Positions 1-7,865 of a stretch of DNA of 64,000 nucleotides are shown here, piece after piece. Every line of letters starts with the position of its first letter. Within the stretch, counting starts at the first letter, position 1. Location of the stretch: positions 16,099-80,098 of the forward strand of contig DRQF01000212.1 of assembly GCA_011369445.1 (NCBI GenBank), given 5' to 3'. The notes under the pieces were generated by a model. That model did not search any database. It was given only the letters and a program-made list of their open reading frames with translations, and had not been told where the DNA came from. This DNA is from Planctomycetota bacterium. Lineage in GTDB: Bacteria; Planctomycetota; GCA-002687715; DRQF01. The position numbers and the translations under genes are program-made.

Positions 1-562
1 AAGCGTCCAACCCGGAGATCACGTCCTCGGCCTGAAATCGAGCGGTCTCCACTCAAACGGGTATACGTTGGCGCGACGGGTGCTCTTGGAAGACGGCGCC
101 CTCTCCCTGGACGCGGAGCTCCCCGACCTCGGTCGTACGCTGGGCGAAGAACTCCTCGAGCCCACGAGAATCTACGTCCCCCATGCCCGGGCTCTCGCCC
201 GCGAGGGCCTCCGGCCCCATGCACTCCTCCACATCACGGGAGACGGCTACTGCAACCTGAATCGGGTGCAGGCGGACGTCGGTTTCATCCTCGATGGGCT
301 GCCTTCTCCCCCACCGATTTTCCAACGCATCCAGAAGATGGGCAACGTGCCCCCCGAAGAGATGCACTCCGTGTTCAACATGGGCATCGGGTTTTGCATC
401 GTCGTGGGCGATGAGGACCTGAGTCGATCCCTCGATGTCCTTCGTTCTCTCGGCGAGGACCCCCTCGTACTCGGTCACGCCACGGAGGAGCACCCCAACG
501 AAGTTGTCATGCCCCAGGTGGGCCTCGTCGGCCGCAAGGATCGCTTCCACCGCGAGGGATGA
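1..562 (+). CDS. purM: Phosphoribosylformylglycinamidine cyclo-ligase (AIR synthetase), C-terminal fragment. The 5' end lies upstream of the window.
   Basis: The reading frame of ORF 68..562 stays open to the window edge. PurM C-terminal domain motifs are present (HITGDG, VFNMGIGF). Confidence 0.8.
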   Translation, partial: SVQPGDHVLGLKSSGLHSNGYTLARRVLLEDGALSLDAELPDLGRTLGEELLEPTRIYVPHARALAREGLRPHALLHITGDGYCNLNRVQADVGFILDGLPSPPPIFQRIQKMGNVPPEEMHSVFNMGIGFCIVVGDEDLSRSLDVLRSLGEDPLVLGHATEEHPNEVVMPQVGLVGRKDRFHREG

Positions 563-1215
563 GGCGACACGTTTGGCTTCTCGCTCTTTTCGTCACCGTC
601 GGGATGGGCTGCAGTTCTGCCCCCTTCGACCCCTCGCAGGACCCGCGCGAGGACTCCGCCTATTCTCGGCCCGAGTACCAAAGCACCCATGCCCCATGGG
701 GTTCGGTGTTTGTGCGCTCGGTCACGGATCGTCGTCCTTCGTTCGAGCTGGGGAAGGAAAACTACCTCAACGATTCTTGGTACGCGGAGAGCCTGTTCAC
801 CCATCCGGTGCCTTTGACGCTGAAACGATTGATCGAAAGAGAACTCGCTACCAGTGGCGTGATGACGCTCGCCGAAGACGAAGGGTCCGCCAAGTACTTG
901 ATCGATCTCGTGATCGTCCACTTCACCGCCCATGCGGACCGGGACCTGATCGGCCTGATTCCCGTGATCCCCACCGTTGCGGTCAACGGGCTGATCGACG
1001 TGAAGCTGCGCATGACGGACCAGGATGGCCGACCGTTCCTCGACGTCCGCTATCAGGACACGGAAGAGGCCATGGCCGCAACGGTTTCGGGGATTGAAGC
1101 CACGGGTTCCCAAGTGCTGTTGAAAGCGCTCTCGCGGGTGATGGCGCGTGTTGTGAAGGACATCGACCAGGCGGTGCCCCGATTCTGGAAGGAGTTGGGG
1201 ATGCCGGTCCAGTGA
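559..1215 (+). CDS. Hypothetical lipoprotein
   Basis: Signal peptide followed by a lipobox cysteine (LLALFVTVGMGCSS). I recognise no catalytic motif. The start overlaps the purM stop. Confidence 0.5.
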   Translation: MRRHVWLLALFVTVGMGCSSAPFDPSQDPREDSAYSRPEYQSTHAPWGSVFVRSVTDRRPSFELGKENYLNDSWYAESLFTHPVPLTLKRLIERELATSGVMTLAEDEGSAKYLIDLVIVHFTAHADRDLIGLIPVIPTVAVNGLIDVKLRMTDQDGRPFLDVRYQDTEEAMAATVSGIEATGSQVLLKALSRVMARVVKDIDQAVPRFWKELGMPVQ

Positions 1216-1240
1216 CCAGCCGCCCCATCCGGGTGATCCT

Positions 1241-1843
1241 TCAGTAGTCGGTGGTCCAGAGCCGGTCGTTCACGAACTTTCGCCAACTCGGCTTGCGCTT
1301 GCCTTCGTGAATGCCGAGACACGGCGACCAATTGGGGCGTCGCGGCGCCCTGAGGAGACGCATTCCCACATCGCTCGGTCGGCGATCTCCCTTGCGGACA
1401 TTACAGCGAAGACAGGCCAGGACGCAGTTCTCCCAACTGCTCCCGCCCCCGCGACTTCGAGGAACGACGTGATCGATGGACAATTCATTCAGCGGTTTTC
1501 GAGTGCCACAATACTGGCAACGGTGTTCATCGCGCCGGTAGAGGTTCTTTCGGGTGAACGGCACCTGCTGACGAGGTGATCGATCGTAGCGGGCGAGAAC
1601 GACGATTTCGGGCAAGCGGATGGCATATCCGACCCCATGAACCCGTGCGTCACCGTTGACGGGAGCATGGGCCCGCCAGGATTCGAAATCGTGGAGTTGA
1701 TACGTCTCCGGTTCGATCACGGACGCCGACCCCTTCACGACCATCACCAAGGCCTGCCGCACCGTGATCGTGTTGATCGGCAGCCAGGATCGATTCAGAA
1801 CCAAGGTGGGTTCGTCGAGTACCGTCGTCACCGATGTCCCCAT
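1241..1843 (-). CDS. HNH endonuclease family protein
   Basis: Canonical HNH/zinc-finger signature: CQYCG, then IDHVVPRSRGG, then WENCVLACLRCNVRKGDR. About 200 aa, with an N-terminal extension of unknown function. Confidence 0.75.
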   Translation of the reverse strand: MGTSVTTVLDEPTLVLNRSWLPINTITVRQALVMVVKGSASVIEPETYQLHDFESWRAHAPVNGDARVHGVGYAIRLPEIVVLARYDRSPRQQVPFTRKNLYRRDEHRCQYCGTRKPLNELSIDHVVPRSRGGGSSWENCVLACLRCNVRKGDRRPSDVGMRLLRAPRRPNWSPCLGIHEGKRKPSWRKFVNDRLWTTDY

Positions 1844-2019
1844 GAAATCGTCTCCAAGAACCGGGCGAGCCGGCCCGGATCCGGCAAGGATTATACGGAG
1901 TGCTCCCCCGAAGCGTCACGAAAAGCCGAGGGAGGTCGTGTGCTCTTCTCTCTTGGCGCTCCATCCTGGGTCCCTCTCACGGCCTATACTGCGCCGGCTC
2001 CGCAGTCCGAATCGAGGTC

Positions 2020-2547
2020 ATGATCATGCGTTCTTCCCTCTCCGTCCGGGTCTTTTGGATCGTCATCGCTCTGTTTTCCCTCCTCGCCGCCCCCGCCTGC
2101 CGGGAGATCGAGGAGACCGAAAACCCGGTGAGCCGCCCCCTCACCGACCTGGGTGCTACGTCGGATCCAGCACTCACCAACACGTCCTTGGTGTTGTCCC
2201 GGGTTCAGTTCGATGATATTCCGGTGCCTCCCGGTTTCTTTTTCCGGAACCAGCGCAACGAAAGCTTCGCGTACGAGGACGGAGAAGCCCGTGTGGGACG
2301 ATTCGTCTATTGGGGGCGCAAACCCCGAGAGGAAGTCGTTGCGCTTTATCTGGAGAAGATGCCGAAGGATCCTTACAACTGGTCCCTGGCCTCCGGGGGG
2401 GACGGAGCGGAAAAACCGCTGATCTTCAAGAAACCCGGGCAGACATGCAAGATTCGGCTTCTGAAGGAGCGTCACCGCCCCCAAGGAGGCCTTTTGCTCA
2501 CCATCAGCGTAGAAGGCTCGAGACCTCATGACCACGAAGAGCCCTGA
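2020..2547 (+). CDS. Hypothetical lipoprotein
   Basis: An internal ATG at 2020 gives MIMRSSLSVRVFWIVIALFSLLAAPAC, a signal peptide plus lipobox Cys. The upstream part of ORF 1900..2547 is probably a spurious extension. Confidence 0.45.
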   Translation: MIMRSSLSVRVFWIVIALFSLLAAPACREIEETENPVSRPLTDLGATSDPALTNTSLVLSRVQFDDIPVPPGFFFRNQRNESFAYEDGEARVGRFVYWGRKPREEVVALYLEKMPKDPYNWSLASGGDGAEKPLIFKKPGQTCKIRLLKERHRPQGGLLLTISVEGSRPHDHEEP

Positions 2548-3949
2548 AAAGTCCAAGACCGCCAAGACTTCTTGGTGGGAACGCCTCATGGAGACCTCGG
2601 AGGATGCGGAGGCGGGCTCCAACTTCCTCAAGAAACTCCTTTGGGGAGGCGCCATCCTCTGCGTCATCGTCGCGGGATGGCTGTTTTTTCAGAAAAGTTC
2701 CCACTCCAAGGCGGAAGCCAACGCCCAGATTCTGGCCCATGCCCTGGCCCTCCTTCCCGACCAGGCTCCTCCTGAATTCGAAGGGCTTCTCCCCCACCCT
2801 CGATTCCCTCAGATCTCCCTGAGCCGCTATCATTACTTGGTGACATCCATGCAGAACAACCAGAGATCACGTCTCTGGGGCGCTCTGTCAGATCATGAGA
2901 ACGCCAAGAAGTACGTCGGCGAGGCGGAGTCGGCGATCGAGGAGCTGAACGACAACGCATCCCGGTTCCAAGGAAGCGACGATGAGTGGCTCTTCAAGAA
3001 TGCCCTCCAGCAGCTCCACTGGTTCGCGGGCATCAACACCATCGAAACCGCCGCACGCAAAGCCCATCTGCAAAAGCAGTTAGAGATTCTTGCGGATATG
3101 ATTCCCACCTTCAAGAATCACGTCGTTCTCGGTCTCCATCCAGACCCCGCCAAGCCCGACAAGAACGTCATGGAGTTGTGGGAGGATGCCGCCAAGGCGG
3201 AACTGAAGTTCTTGGACACCCACAAGGGCCCCCCCACCCTGGAACCGGACCCCGGCCTCAAGGTGACCCTGACCCTTGAGAACGACGGGCAGGTCGCTTT
3301 CGTGCTCTACAGCCGGGTCGCCCCGAAGACCGTGGCCAACTTCATTGCCAACATTCGAGACGGTGTCTATGACGGCACCGCGGTCTACGGCGTCGACAAA
3401 GCTCGCGGCGCCCTGCTCATGGGCGATCCCTTCACCCGGCTGGCCCCTGATCGCCCCTTCATCTGGGACAAGGCGGATTCCGGGTATGCGGTGCCCGGCG
3501 AGCTGAACCCCCTGCTCAAACCCAAGAAGGGACGACTCTTCATGGCCCGCAAGGGAGCGGCGTCCCACCCGTTCCATTTCGGCATCCTCACGAAAGACCC
3601 GGACAACCCCGCATTCTCCGAAACCGTGTTCGGCGAGGTCACCGAGGGCTTGGACCTCCTCATTCCCTGGCTGGACACCGAAGTCCATGATGAGGTGGGC
3701 CTGACCAACACTTTCCTCCCCCGGGTCCGTCTGGGAATCAAGTCCGTGGTGGTCGAGGGGAACATCGCCTACCCCGGCGACGACTCTTGGAAGCCTCACG
3801 TGAAGATTCCTGAAGTGCCCGAAGCGACCCCCGCGGAGGAAAAGTTCATGGAGGCGATCAAGCCCTCCGAGGAGGAGCCCAAGAAGGAGGGAGACGCCAA
3901 GGAGGGGGATTCCGAGGAGGATGCGCCAGCGCCCAAGAAGGACGGCTGA
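2528..3949 (+). CDS. Membrane-anchored cyclophilin-type peptidyl-prolyl cis-trans isomerase
   Basis: N-terminal TM helix (LLWGGAILCVIVAGWLFF) and a long helical spacer. The C-terminal cyclophilin-like domain carries VANFIANIRDGVYDGT and GDPFT motifs. The tail is acidic and Lys-rich. Confidence 0.7.
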   Translation: MTTKSPEKSKTAKTSWWERLMETSEDAEAGSNFLKKLLWGGAILCVIVAGWLFFQKSSHSKAEANAQILAHALALLPDQAPPEFEGLLPHPRFPQISLSRYHYLVTSMQNNQRSRLWGALSDHENAKKYVGEAESAIEELNDNASRFQGSDDEWLFKNALQQLHWFAGINTIETAARKAHLQKQLEILADMIPTFKNHVVLGLHPDPAKPDKNVMELWEDAAKAELKFLDTHKGPPTLEPDPGLKVTLTLENDGQVAFVLYSRVAPKTVANFIANIRDGVYDGTAVYGVDKARGALLMGDPFTRLAPDRPFIWDKADSGYAVPGELNPLLKPKKGRLFMARKGAASHPFHFGILTKDPDNPAFSETVFGEVTEGLDLLIPWLDTEVHDEVGLTNTFLPRVRLGIKSVVVEGNIAYPGDDSWKPHVKIPEVPEATPAEEKFMEAIKPSEEEPKKEGDAKEGDSEEDAPAPKKDG

Positions 3950-3985
3950 ATCGTCCTGAGAGGAGAGGGCGACCTCAACCCCTCC

Positions 3986-4915
3986 TCACGCCTCGGCAGA
4001 CCCCTCCTCGGCGTAGCGGGACCGCACCTGCTCGGCGCCCGCTTCCGCCACATCCAGAAGGTGTTGAAGGCCTCGAGGATCGCTGATCCGAAGACTGACC
4101 TTCCCTCCCTTCTTGAGAAGATTCACCCGTACTTCCACGCCAAAGGCCTCCCGAAGCCGGCTCTCGATCTCCACTTCTTGAGGATTTCGCACACCCGGCC
4201 CACGACCAGGAGCCTGGCCCGGAGCCCCACCGCGCGCCCGTTCCGCTTGGAGCTCGCGTTCAAGATCGCGCACGGAAAGCCCTCTTTCCGTCACTTCTCT
4301 CGCCCAACGACGCTGGCGAACGGGCTCCTCCAGCCCCGCCAAGGCGCGTGCATGCCCCATAGTGAGCTTTCCGCCCTTCAGTGCTTCCCGCACGTCCTTG
4401 GGCAACTCGAGGAGTCTCAGGTAGTTGGCCACGGTGGAGCGTTTCTGAGACAGCCGCTTGGCGGCTTCTTCCTGGGTCAAAGCGAAGTCGTCCATGAGAC
4501 GGCGGTAAGCCTTGGCCCTTTCAATGGGGTCCAGGTCGGCACGCAGGATATTCTCGATGAGGGCCAGCTCGAGCATCTGCTGGTCCTCCGTCGCTCGCAC
4601 CTGGGCCGGGATCTCCGCAATACCCAACTCCTGACAGGCTCGCCAACGACGCTCGCCGGCAATCAACTCATAGCCGTCGGCGGTCTTTCGCACGGCGATG
4701 GGCTGGAGGACACCGTGGAGCCTCACACTCTCAATGAGGTCATTGAGCTCCTGGATGTCGAACGTTCGTCGCGGTTGGTAGGGGTTCGGTCGGATCGCAT
4801 CCACCGCAATCGTCTGCACTCCCAAGGGCGGTGCTTCCTGGGGGGTGGCCGCAGGCGGGGGAGAGGACCTGCGAATCAGGAAGTCCAGCCCCTTACCGAG
4901 TTTTCTGTCTGTCAT
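3986..4915 (-). CDS. parB: Chromosome partitioning protein ParB
   Basis: Starts at MTDRKLGKGLDFL. ParB boxes are present (GERRWRAC, LIENILR) along with an HTH. It overlaps the parA stop. Confidence 0.9.
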   Translation of the reverse strand: MTDRKLGKGLDFLIRRSSPPPAATPQEAPPLGVQTIAVDAIRPNPYQPRRTFDIQELNDLIESVRLHGVLQPIAVRKTADGYELIAGERRWRACQELGIAEIPAQVRATEDQQMLELALIENILRADLDPIERAKAYRRLMDDFALTQEEAAKRLSQKRSTVANYLRLLELPKDVREALKGGKLTMGHARALAGLEEPVRQRRWAREVTERGLSVRDLERELQAERARGGAPGQAPGRGPGVRNPQEVEIESRLREAFGVEVRVNLLKKGGKVSLRISDPRGLQHLLDVAEAGAEQVRSRYAEEGSAEA

Positions 4916-5633
4916 GCCGGGTGATCTCCTTGACGAGTTGAGCGTAGGCCCGGGCAGCCCTCCCTTCAATCGCATTCGAAAAAACGGTTTGTCCCCGTGA
5001 CCTCGCGGTGGAGACGCTCGGGTCTTCCGGAATAAGAGTCCCGCGGACCGTGACCCCCTCCGCCACCCCTTTGCGACGAAGGCTGGCGAAGTCCTGATCC
5101 ACCAGCGACCGTGTCGGCAGAACCCAGAGATCCGCGCTCTCTGCCAACTCCTTGAGGGGGCCCAAATCCGGGAACTCCGAGGGGGCCCGAGAAGGGGAAA
5201 ACGGAAAGAGGATCAGGTCTGCCGCAGCGCACGCAGTCCGGGTCAACCATCCCATGGTTGGGGGACAATCCAGAAGGATCCATGGATACGTAGGCGCCAA
5301 GTCCTGAATGACAGCCTTGAGGGCCCGACCGCGTGGGCGTTCCAGGTTCTCTTCGTCCATGGTGACGTCGCCGGGAATCAGGTCCAGCCCTGGTTGAACC
5401 GAGCGCACGAGAAGTCCGGCCCGCTCCGGAGCCTCATCCCCTTTCAGCAGGCTTTCGAGGATTCCGGAGCGACTCCGGGGAATGCCCAAGACCTGAGCCG
5501 CGTCTCCCTGGGGATCTAGGTCAATCACCAACGTGCTCTGGCCGGAGATGCGGAGAGCCTCGGCGATGTGGAGCACCGTGGTCGTCATTCCCATTCCCGG
5601 GGTCCCACCCGCCACCGCAACAACTCGAGACAT
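4893..5633 (-). CDS. parA: ParA/Soj-family partition ATPase homolog with a degenerate Walker A box
   Basis: ParA architecture: VIDLDPQGD, and Walker B ILLDCPPTMG. The deviant Walker A reads VAVAGGTPGMGMTT instead of KGGVGKTT, so both lysines are absent. The start is assumed at MSRVVAVAGG. Confidence 0.8.
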   Translation of the reverse strand: MSRVVAVAGGTPGMGMTTTVLHIAEALRISGQSTLVIDLDPQGDAAQVLGIPRSRSGILESLLKGDEAPERAGLLVRSVQPGLDLIPGDVTMDEENLERPRGRALKAVIQDLAPTYPWILLDCPPTMGWLTRTACAAADLILFPFSPSRAPSEFPDLGPLKELAESADLWVLPTRSLVDQDFASLRRKGVAEGVTVRGTLIPEDPSVSTARSRGQTVFSNAIEGRAARAYAQLVKEITRHDRQKTR

Positions 5634-5647
5634 GAATCTGTGTCCTT

Positions 5648-5663
5648 TGTTCCACGTGGAACA
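5648..5663. promoter_or_regulatory. parS: parS-like centromere site TGTTCCACGTGGAACA
   Basis: Perfect 16-bp palindrome matching the parS consensus TGTTTCACGTGAAACA at 14 of 16 positions, with symmetric substitutions. It lies about 15 bp upstream of the parA start. Confidence 0.6.
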
Positions 5664-5710
5664 TCGGGTTTCCTGGTGAAACACCGCCTGCTCCCGTAGA
5701 CTTTTGCACT

Positions 5711-6466
5711 ATGTGGGGGACCCTCGTCAAGTCGAGCGCCAAGGAAGCCTTCCGGCAGATCAGCCCATGGGTCCTCCTGGGCGTTGTCCTGGTGGCCAGC
5801 TGCGCCGTCGGGTTTCTCCCCGTCCGCCTGGGTGATCCAACAGCCCGCCATGCTTCCAACCTGATCGCCCTCCAGCGCTTCTTGGGACTCCTCTTTGCAG
5901 CCATCGTGGCTGTCCCCTCTGTGACTCCTCCATCCCGATTCCATTTTGGTGCCCCACGGTGGGGCCCAACCCCATGGGGACCCCACCTAGCCAGCCAGAG
6001 CCTGTTCTTAGGACAGGCGGCTGTGTTGGCGGCCTTCTTTGCGCTCTGCACCCTCGTCCAAGCGGGCATCCTCCTGTTGACGGGAGCCCACGAGCCTCCC
6101 CGCTCCTGGGTGGGGACCTTGACCTCGACATGGTTCTATGGTTGGGGTTGTCTGGCTCTGGCCCGCGCTCTCGCTGCTTGGCTGTCACTCCGCCAGACCC
6201 TCAGCACTTTCCTTGCCCTGACCCTCTTGTTGCCCATCCTTCTGAAAGGTGGGGGGGAGATTTCCGCAGTGTTCGTCAGCCTCTTTCCGGGCCCCTCGTG
6301 GCTGAGCATGACGGGAGCTGACCCCTCAATGGAACCCCGACGAGCCCTCCTCCATGCGACCAGCGCCACCCTTTTCATCGTCGCATGTAACCTCTTGGCT
6401 GCCCATGGCTTAGCGCGCAATCATCTGGGAGCGCGTGGTCTTGATCGTCGCAATTCGAAAGCGTAG
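5711..6466 (+). CDS. Hypothetical integral membrane protein
   Basis: Several hydrophobic segments and no recognisable motif. Part of it is overlapped by arginine-rich ORFs that I judge spurious. Confidence 0.4.
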   Translation: MWGTLVKSSAKEAFRQISPWVLLGVVLVASCAVGFLPVRLGDPTARHASNLIALQRFLGLLFAAIVAVPSVTPPSRFHFGAPRWGPTPWGPHLASQSLFLGQAAVLAAFFALCTLVQAGILLLTGAHEPPRSWVGTLTSTWFYGWGCLALARALAAWLSLRQTLSTFLALTLLLPILLKGGGEISAVFVSLFPGPSWLSMTGADPSMEPRRALLHATSATLFIVACNLLAAHGLARNHLGARGLDRRNSKA

Positions 6467-6529
6467 CATTGTGTTTGGTGCGCGGACAGGCAGGGAGGCC
6501 CCCTTGCTATATCGCATCGGAGATATTTC

Positions 6530-7255
6530 TTGCGCTACGGCATTCTCGGCGACATCCACGGAAACATGGAAGCTCTGGATGCGGTTCTCCAGCATCTCGA
6601 AGCCGAGAAGGTGGACCACTACGTCAGCGTCGGCGACATCGTCGGATATGGCGCGGACCCCGGTCCCTGTCTCGATCGTATCCGGGAGATCGGCGCGACC
6701 GTGGTGGCAGGCAACCACGACTGGGCCGTCGTGGGGCGCCTGGACTGCACTTTCTTCAATGCCTATGCCAAGGCCGCCGTCGAGTGGACGGCCCAAACAC
6801 TGACCGCCGAGCAGATGGCGTGGTTGGAGAATCTGCCCCTCACGGCGCGACTTGGGGATGACTTGGAGGTGGCCCATGCCACCCGCGAAAACCCGGAGCG
6901 ATTCGACTATATCCAGACCTACTACGACGCCGCCCGCTCCATCAACGCGATGGTGACCCCAGTCTGCTTCCTCGGGCACTCTCACGTCCCGTTGGCGTTT
7001 CTCATGCGTGAACAGATGGAACTGTCGGTCGATCCCCTGCTGGACCTGCAGGGGGTGGGGAGAGCTCTCATCAACGTGGGGAGCATCGGCCAACCGCGGG
7101 ACGAGAACCCCAAAGCCGCTTGCGCCGTTTTTGATGCGAAGACCCGACGGTATGAGCTGCGTCGCGTCAGCTATGACGTGGATCGCACCTGCCAGAAGAT
7201 TCTCGCGGTCGGCCTTCCCCAGATTCTCGCGGACCGACTCCGGTTCGGGCGATAG
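6530..7255 (+). CDS. Metallophosphoesterase (calcineurin-like phosphatase/phosphodiesterase)
   Basis: Canonical motifs: GDIHGN, GDIVGYG and GNHD. Confidence 0.8.
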   Translation: MRYGILGDIHGNMEALDAVLQHLEAEKVDHYVSVGDIVGYGADPGPCLDRIREIGATVVAGNHDWAVVGRLDCTFFNAYAKAAVEWTAQTLTAEQMAWLENLPLTARLGDDLEVAHATRENPERFDYIQTYYDAARSINAMVTPVCFLGHSHVPLAFLMREQMELSVDPLLDLQGVGRALINVGSIGQPRDENPKAACAVFDAKTRRYELRRVSYDVDRTCQKILAVGLPQILADRLRFGR

Positions 7256-7280
7256 AACACCTGGCGGGCGAGGCGGGAAC

Positions 7281-7754
7281 TCAAAGGTCCTTCAGCAAGA
7301 TGATCTCCGAGCGCAAGGACGCGCCATCGATCTCCACGATTCCCACGCTGGGGGAGGGGTGGCTCGCCGACGCGGAACCGGGGCCAAACCAAAGGCGGTC
7401 GTCGAGGGTGGCCGAGAACGCCTCGGCGGGGCGACCAAAGAGCACCACCTTGGGCTCTCGATCCTCCACCAACTCTTGAATGACGGGGCGAGGCTCATTG
7501 GGGTTGCCCACGTCATGGACCGCCATGACGAGAACACCGCCCATTTCCTTGGCGAAGACCGCCTCGAAGGGGAAATCCTCCGGCGCATCGCCCATCCCCA
7601 ACACCCCCGAAATGGGGGAGATGTTTGAGAGTTCGTTCAAGACGTCCGGGGAGCCGATTCGGCCGCAATGGACGATGAAATCCATCCCGTCGAAAAGGTC
7701 AAGAACTCCGGGGTGAATCCCACCGGAAGTGTCTGCGAGTACTCCGATCCACAT
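7281..7754 (-). CDS. YfcE/MJ0936-like phosphodiesterase-fold protein with divergent metal-binding motifs
   Basis: Starts at MWIGVLADTSGG. The overall pattern resembles the MJ0936/YfcE family, but the DxH and GNH(D/E) motifs are altered (ADTSGG, GMGD). Confidence 0.5.
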   Translation of the reverse strand: MWIGVLADTSGGIHPGVLDLFDGMDFIVHCGRIGSPDVLNELSNISPISGVLGMGDAPEDFPFEAVFAKEMGGVLVMAVHDVGNPNEPRPVIQELVEDREPKVVLFGRPAEAFSATLDDRLWFGPGSASASHPSPSVGIVEIDGASLRSEIILLKDL

Positions 7755-7865
7755 AGTTTCCGATGCGTCCGCTGCCCTTTTCGCCTGTCCGATGGAGGCT
7801 AACAAGGGGGACTTGGAGGCCAAGAGAGTCAGGAAGTCCACAAGGAGTTTCCGGTCTCCGAAAAC

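Noticed and set aside
1900-2019. Upstream part of ORF 1900..2547
   Set aside because: The signal peptide and lipobox begin at the internal ATG at 2020. The upstream segment is Arg-rich and probably non-coding.
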